IMG/VR virus record: IMGVR_UViG_3300012952_000077 | Span: 1 to 30,481 of that record | DNA length: 30,481 nucleotides | Reading direction: 5' to 3' (one strand) | Source: a virus | Taxonomy: Duplodnaviria; Caudoviricetes | Translations under genes and position numbers: made by a program | Notes under the pieces: generated by a model | What the model saw: the letters and a program-made list of their open reading frames with translations, nothing else | Databases searched by the model: none | Told to the model about the DNA's origin: nothing | In this document: piece after piece, positions 26,980 to 30,481 of the stretch | Position numbering within the stretch: the stretch's first letter is position 1 | Layout of the letters: every line of letters starts with the position of its first letter

Positions 26980-27720
26980 ATGTCCGACCATTTAAACGAA
27001 GAAACTCCAGCTGAAAGAATAGATAGAATCTCTAAAGCTAACGTTGCTAAACAAAAAGCATCTTCTGATGCTAAGAAAGCAAAGTCAAAGGCTTCAGCTG
27101 ATGCATTTAAGAAGCATAAAGCGTCAGTTATGTCAAAAGGAGGTCGTCCAGTAGACGCACTTGACTCTTGGCAGAAGAAGAAAATTGAAAAACGTAAGAT
27201 GAACAAAGAAGGTAAATCTTACAAGGACTTCATGAGCGAGGGAAACCCAACCTCTCGTATGCTTCACAAATCAAAAACCCAAGTAACAGGAAACATTTCT
27301 GCTGACAGAGGTTCTGATGAAAAAAAGAACCGTGAGAAACGTCGCGCTCTAGAGAAAGATCTCAAAAAGAAAGGCATTGGTCACAAGAAAGGTGTAGGTG
27401 AATACAAGTACGGTGATGGCAAAACAGGCCGTGAAGTATCATACCAAACCTCCAAACCCGATAAAATGTCCAAACGTCGCTTTGGTAAAGTCATGAGACG
27501 ATTAGGACGGAAGCATGACCAAGAATCAGTAATTACAAAAGACAAGAACAAACCAGCAAGATTACACGATACCGAATCTAAAAAACCTGGTAAGTCTGTC
27601 AACATAGGAAAATCAAAAGCAGGAAAAAACAAATCTGGTGACGGTGAAACATCTGGAACCAAGGTGCGTAGTGGTAAGTTACCAAAGAAAACTACTAAGC
27701 CAAGTTACAAGTACGGTTAA
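26980..27720 (+). CDS. Lys-rich basic protein, candidate capsid-internal protein (246 aa)
   Basis: Very K-rich; internal KSYKDFMSE; G.ISADRG...N.EKR..LEKDL...G.G..K..G.Y...E.SY...LG.K..QESV pattern recalled from T4-like phage hypotheticals. Confidence 0.7.
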   Translation: MSDHLNEETPAERIDRISKANVAKQKASSDAKKAKSKASADAFKKHKASVMSKGGRPVDALDSWQKKKIEKRKMNKEGKSYKDFMSEGNPTSRMLHKSKTQVTGNISADRGSDEKKNREKRRALEKDLKKKGIGHKKGVGEYKYGDGKTGREVSYQTSKPDKMSKRRFGKVMRRLGRKHDQESVITKDKNKPARLHDTESKKPGKSVNIGKSKAGKNKSGDGETSGTKVRSGKLPKKTTKPSYKYG

Positions 27721-27748
27721 AGTTGGGGGAATCTAATCCAAAGAACCC

Positions 27749-27883
27749 ATGTCTATTAATGACGAAGTAAAGGACTTGCAAAAAAAGTTAGAGAACATTG
27801 AGAAGAAACAAGAGTTTCTTCAGAAGATTCAGAATATGGAAAGAGATAAAGCACAGCATGATGGGAAATTGCCCAAGTCTTGA
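27749..27883 (+). CDS. Small coiled-coil ORF, 44 aa, not in the ORF track
   Basis: ATG 27749 to TGA 27881-27883: MSINDEVKDLQKKLENIEKKQEFLQKIQNMERDKAQHDGKLPKS; fills an otherwise empty gap. Confidence 0.6.
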   Translation: MSINDEVKDLQKKLENIEKKQEFLQKIQNMERDKAQHDGKLPKS

Positions 27884-27908
27884 AATCAATAAAGCTTTAT
27901 GGTATAAT
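27880..27908 (+). promoter_or_regulatory. Sigma70-type (early/host RNAP) promoter
   Basis: TTGAAA (27880-27885), 17-nt spacer, TATAAT (27903-27908), extended -10 TG at 27900-27901; downstream GGGAGG SD (27939-27944) and ATG 27948. Confidence 0.8.
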
Positions 27909-27947
27909 GATGCTACGTATCATAAGTAGTGTCATGTTGGGAGGTTT

Positions 27948-28274
27948 ATGACAGAAGAAACAATCACCAGAATATGCTATACTAAGGAACAGGTTGATGT
28001 TATGATACGTGCTGCTGTTGAAGAAGCACGAGCAATAGATGAAGCATCTATGGCAAAGCACAACAGAGAAGCAACAATCATTAGCATGATTCTAGGATTT
28101 ACTACTCTAGCATTATTTGTGGATGGACTACTAAGAATCTTAGGAATCATTCCACCTTTCATGCACATAGATGTTAACATCATAGAAAAGATTGCTGACA
28201 AAGTAGAGACTGATGTGATTGATAAAATCAAACAAGTTCCATACCAAAAAATTATCCAAGGGATTAGACGATGA
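27948..28274 (+). CDS. Conserved cyanophage-type membrane protein (108 aa)
   Basis: KHNR.ATIISMILGFTTLALFVDGLLRILGIIPPFM.IDVN hydrophobic segment; strong SD-like sequence. Confidence 0.8.
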   Translation: MTEETITRICYTKEQVDVMIRAAVEEARAIDEASMAKHNREATIISMILGFTTLALFVDGLLRILGIIPPFMHIDVNIIEKIADKVETDVIDKIKQVPYQKIIQGIRR

Positions 28275-28555
28275 GTTTTTTATTTACAATGGCAGGGTTA
28301 TTAAATCTGTTATTTTATATCTTTGCGGTTGGATTTATAATCTCACTGCTATTTGAACAATGGTTAAAGTTTAGACCTTTGTCCGTTGATGAATCAATGA
28401 ATGAGAGAAACATGTACATTGTACAAACCAATAGAAGATATTGTTGGAGACAAGCATGGGTAACTAATCTTTACTGGTTCGCATGTAACGTGGGATTATA
28501 TTTCATCTCAAGAAATATGCAAACCCCAACAGACACCTTTTGGAATGGGATGTAG
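28271..28555 (+). CDS. Hypothetical membrane protein (94 aa)
   Basis: ATGA overlap with previous gene; long N-terminal hydrophobic helix and second Trp-rich hydrophobic segment. Confidence 0.75.
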   Translation: MSFLFTMAGLLNLLFYIFAVGFIISLLFEQWLKFRPLSVDESMNERNMYIVQTNRRYCWRQAWVTNLYWFACNVGLYFISRNMQTPTDTFWNGM

Positions 28556-28557
28556 GG

Positions 28558-28565
28558 TATAAATA
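28558..28565 (+). promoter_or_regulatory. Perfect T4 late promoter TATAAATA upstream of the 58-aa ORF and petE
   Basis: Exact consensus in the intergenic space. Confidence 0.8.
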
Positions 28566-28600
28566 CTTACAAATAATTTGCGAGCCCACGGCTTAAAATC

Positions 28601-28777
28601 GTGTCTCATTACACAGTTGGGTATCATACCCCACAACAGGTTAATCTAGAGATTTGTGAATATGCAGATGATGCATATTCAGCAATAGAACATAGTAAAG
28701 AGGATGTATCCGTATTAAAGGATCATCCTCATTTTGTTGACTATTGTTTTGAAACTCCGAAAGGAGTAATATTATGA
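28601..28777 (+). CDS. Small acidic His/Cys-containing protein, 58 aa, GTG start, not in the ORF track
   Basis: MSHYTVGYHTPQQVNLEICEYADDAYSAIEHSKEDVSVLKDHPHFVDYCFETPKGVIL; its stop overlaps the petE start (ATGA); resembles a small family I recall from Prochlorococcus and cyanophages. Confidence 0.75.
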   Translation: MSHYTVGYHTPQQVNLEICEYADDAYSAIEHSKEDVSVLKDHPHFVDYCFETPKGVIL

Positions 28778-29151
28778 AAAGTAAAGAACTAAAACATGAA
28801 ATTATGTGGTGGATGAGTAGACTTACAATAATGCTTACTTCGTTATTGCTTTCCTTTACATTAGCAGCTAGTGCTTGGGCTGCAGAAATACAAATGGGTT
28901 CTGATGGGAATCTAGTTTTCAATCCTTCCGAAGCAACAATTAATAGTGGTGAATCCATAACATTCGTTAACAATGATTTACCTCCTCACAATATAGTATT
29001 CATCAATGGACATGATGAACTATCTCAACCTGATCTTAACTTTATTAAAGGAGATAAAGTAAAGATAACCTTTAGCGAACCTGGAGAATATGAATTTCAG
29101 TGTGAACCTCATGCTGGAGCAGGAATGAAGGGAGTTATCCATGTTAAATAG
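28774..29151 (+). CDS. petE: Phage plastocyanin (125-aa precursor)
   Basis: Signal peptide ending AWA; MG..GNLVF.P, PPHNIVF (His 28987-28989), GEYEFQCEPHAGAGMKG.I.V type-1 Cu ligands; AAGGAG SD upstream. Confidence 0.96.
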   Translation: MKSKELKHEIMWWMSRLTIMLTSLLLSFTLAASAWAAEIQMGSDGNLVFNPSEATINSGESITFVNNDLPPHNIVFINGHDELSQPDLNFIKGDKVKITFSEPGEYEFQCEPHAGAGMKGVIHVK

Positions 29152-29170
29152 TGATAGTTATTGAGAACAT

Positions 29171-29470
29171 ATGCTATCAACCCAATATCGTCTGAGATTG
29201 GAATCAATCTGTAAAGACATTGCCTCTGGCACAGAAGTAAGTATGAGCGATATGATATGGGCACAGAAATTATCAAAAGCAAATACCTCAGCGAGAGGTA
29301 TGCTAAACAGGGCTCGCAGGATGGCAACTAATCCTGACGAGTCTTTTCTTAATTCTCTTGATATAGGTGACCCCGATCAAGAGAATCACCGTAGGGGTTT
29401 CTATAAACCAGAAGATGTGGTAGAATGGTTTCATCAAGAACGTTCCGACGACTGGAGGCAACGTGACTAA
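29171..29470 (+). CDS. Conserved cyanophage hypothetical protein (99 aa)
   Basis: MLSTQYRLRLE.IC..IA.G.EV...DMIWA.KL.KAN.SAR; C-terminal WF....SDDWRQRD. Confidence 0.8.
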   Translation: MLSTQYRLRLESICKDIASGTEVSMSDMIWAQKLSKANTSARGMLNRARRMATNPDESFLNSLDIGDPDQENHRRGFYKPEDVVEWFHQERSDDWRQRD

Positions 29471-29762
29471 AATTTATGTCAGTATGGGTATTGCATGGAT
29501 AGCATGGTGTGCAGTACCTGTTTTCTCACAGGAGAAAACGGATTTCATTAATAACTGGGATACAGTTAACGACTTCGCATATAGTCTTATTCATCAAATG
29601 GAAAAAGACAAAAGAGAAGCGGATAGAGTACCTATTGATGAGATGCTAAATAGTGCACTACTGGAGTTTGAATATGGGAGCAATGACCCCACCGAGCAGA
29701 AAGAGCTGCTACAATTTCCGAGTTACGGAAGTGAACAGAGTTCTGGATGGAGATACAATTGA
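29463..29762 (+). CDS. Hypothetical protein with N-terminal hydrophobic/signal segment (99 aa, GTG start)
   Basis: GGAGG upstream of the GTG; hydrophobic N-terminus; 3' end overlaps the nuclease gene. Confidence 0.6.
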   Translation: MTKIYVSMGIAWIAWCAVPVFSQEKTDFINNWDTVNDFAYSLIHQMEKDKREADRVPIDEMLNSALLEFEYGSNDPTEQKELLQFPSYGSEQSSGWRYN

Positions 29763-30138
29763 TGTCACCATTGATCTAGGATTTGATCTGTTCAAAAAGG
29801 AAAGAGTTCGTGTGGCTGGGGTAGACACTCCTGAGAAAAGAACTAGAAATTTAGAAGAAAAGGCACTAGGAATTGATGCAACAAACTGGCTTAAGCAAAA
29901 ATTGGAAGATGTTCTGGCTGGCGATGACGAGCTCATTGTTCGTACTGAGCTTCACGGTGGTGTTGGGAAGTACGGTAGGCTTCTGGGTTGGTTATACATT
30001 GGGGACTCAACAGAGTCGCTCAATGAGCAAATGATTACCGAAGGATATGCTCACGCATATGATGGAGGTACAAAAGACATGAACCTAGAAGCACTACGTG
30101 AGATTCGTAGATCATTCGGTACACTAAACGAGGGTTAA
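29674..30138 (+). CDS. Thermonuclease (staphylococcal nuclease-like) family protein
   Basis: RVLDGDTIDV, RVRVAGVDTPE, KYGRLLG, SLNEQMI.EGYA..YDGG. Start moved to ATG 29674 because GGAG lies at 29663-29666. Confidence 0.88.
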   Translation: MGAMTPPSRKSCYNFRVTEVNRVLDGDTIDVTIDLGFDLFKKERVRVAGVDTPEKRTRNLEEKALGIDATNWLKQKLEDVLAGDDELIVRTELHGGVGKYGRLLGWLYIGDSTESLNEQMITEGYAHAYDGGTKDMNLEALREIRRSFGTLNEG

Positions 30139-30142
30139 GATT

Positions 30143-30328
30143 ATGTTTTCAGTATTAAATGTAGTAGAAGCATGGAATGAGATCTCATGGGCAGATGCTA
30201 TTCCATTCACTCTAGTATTAATAGGTCTTTACTGGGTTAAAGTAAAGATAGATTCCAACGTTGGTCTAGGTAAAAAAGGTAAACAACTCAAGAGAATTAT
30301 CAAAGAGGCAATAGAAGAAACCAAATGA
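30143..30328 (+). CDS. Small single-pass membrane protein (61 aa)
   Basis: AIPFTLVLIGLYWV hydrophobic helix followed by a basic tail. Confidence 0.7.
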   Translation: MFSVLNVVEAWNEISWADAIPFTLVLIGLYWVKVKIDSNVGLGKKGKQLKRIIKEAIEETK

Positions 30329-30481
30329 AAATGGTAAAGCGAGAGCAGGTCATTATCCTAGATGATCTGTTCACCGAACGCGAAGTGCAACAAATGGAAG
30401 AATACTTCATTCACTTTGACGGTTGGCAACTTATATTTGATGATCCATCACAAGATTTAAGTAGTTACTCTTTAGGTAAGG
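30325..30481 (+). CDS. N-terminus of a gene cut by the window edge, possibly a 2OG-Fe(II) oxygenase
   Basis: ATGA overlap; open to the end: MKMVKREQVIILDDLFTEREVQQMEEYFIHFDGWQL...; I.ILDD.F...W start resembles cyanophage 2OG-Fe(II) oxygenases, but the catalytic motifs are outside the window. Confidence 0.5.
   Translation, partial: MKMVKREQVIILDDLFTEREVQQMEEYFIHFDGWQLIFDDPSQDLSSYSLGK

Noticed and set aside
27721-27748. Possible terminator after the Lys-rich gene
   Set aside because: Only a weak stem is possible and there is no U-tract.
28641-28973. 110-aa minus-strand ORF
   Set aside because: Overlaps petE and the 58-aa ORF, both better supported.
29653-29673. GTG start for the nuclease given by the ORF track
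   Set aside because: ATG 29674 has a well-spaced GGAG and lies downstream of a late-promoter-like box.
1-30481. CRISPR arrays, tRNAs, introns, inteins, homing endonucleases, recoded stop codons
   Set aside because: Intergenic gaps are under ~80 nt, core genes read through intact in the standard code, and no such motifs were seen by eye; a covariance-model scan was not possible.

Overview
AT-rich, gene-dense window with all credible genes on the + strand, from a T4-like marine cyanomyovirus. The host is probably Prochlorococcus or Synechococcus, inferred from petE and gene content. Gene order: 3' end of the giant gp7-like baseplate gene; three extra genes (YHYH protein, gp9/gp10-like protein, large GSGY-repeat protein with a split YHYH-like domain); gp8; VrlC/DUF4815-like 2487-aa structural protein; two small coiled-coil genes; a 2397-aa Mtd_N-type fibre; gp13-gp14-gp15-gp16; then an accessory island (Lys-rich protein, membrane proteins, an uncalled 58-aa His/Cys ORF, plastocyanin, SNase-like nuclease, start of a probable 2OG-Fe(II) oxygenase). 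T4-type late promoters, two sigma70-type promoters and one intrinsic terminator are visible. Main observations: (1) the fibre C-terminus has 8 long repeats followed by exactly 8 short 'return' segments with mirror-matched junctions, suggesting nested (Russian-doll) domains; (2) two putative virion proteins carry His...C-x2-H-x2-M cupredoxin-like motifs, one inserted inside a degenerate YHYH domain; (3) a probable stand-alone early transcription unit sits inside the late structural cluster. Family assignments come from motif recognition and synteny, not database searches.
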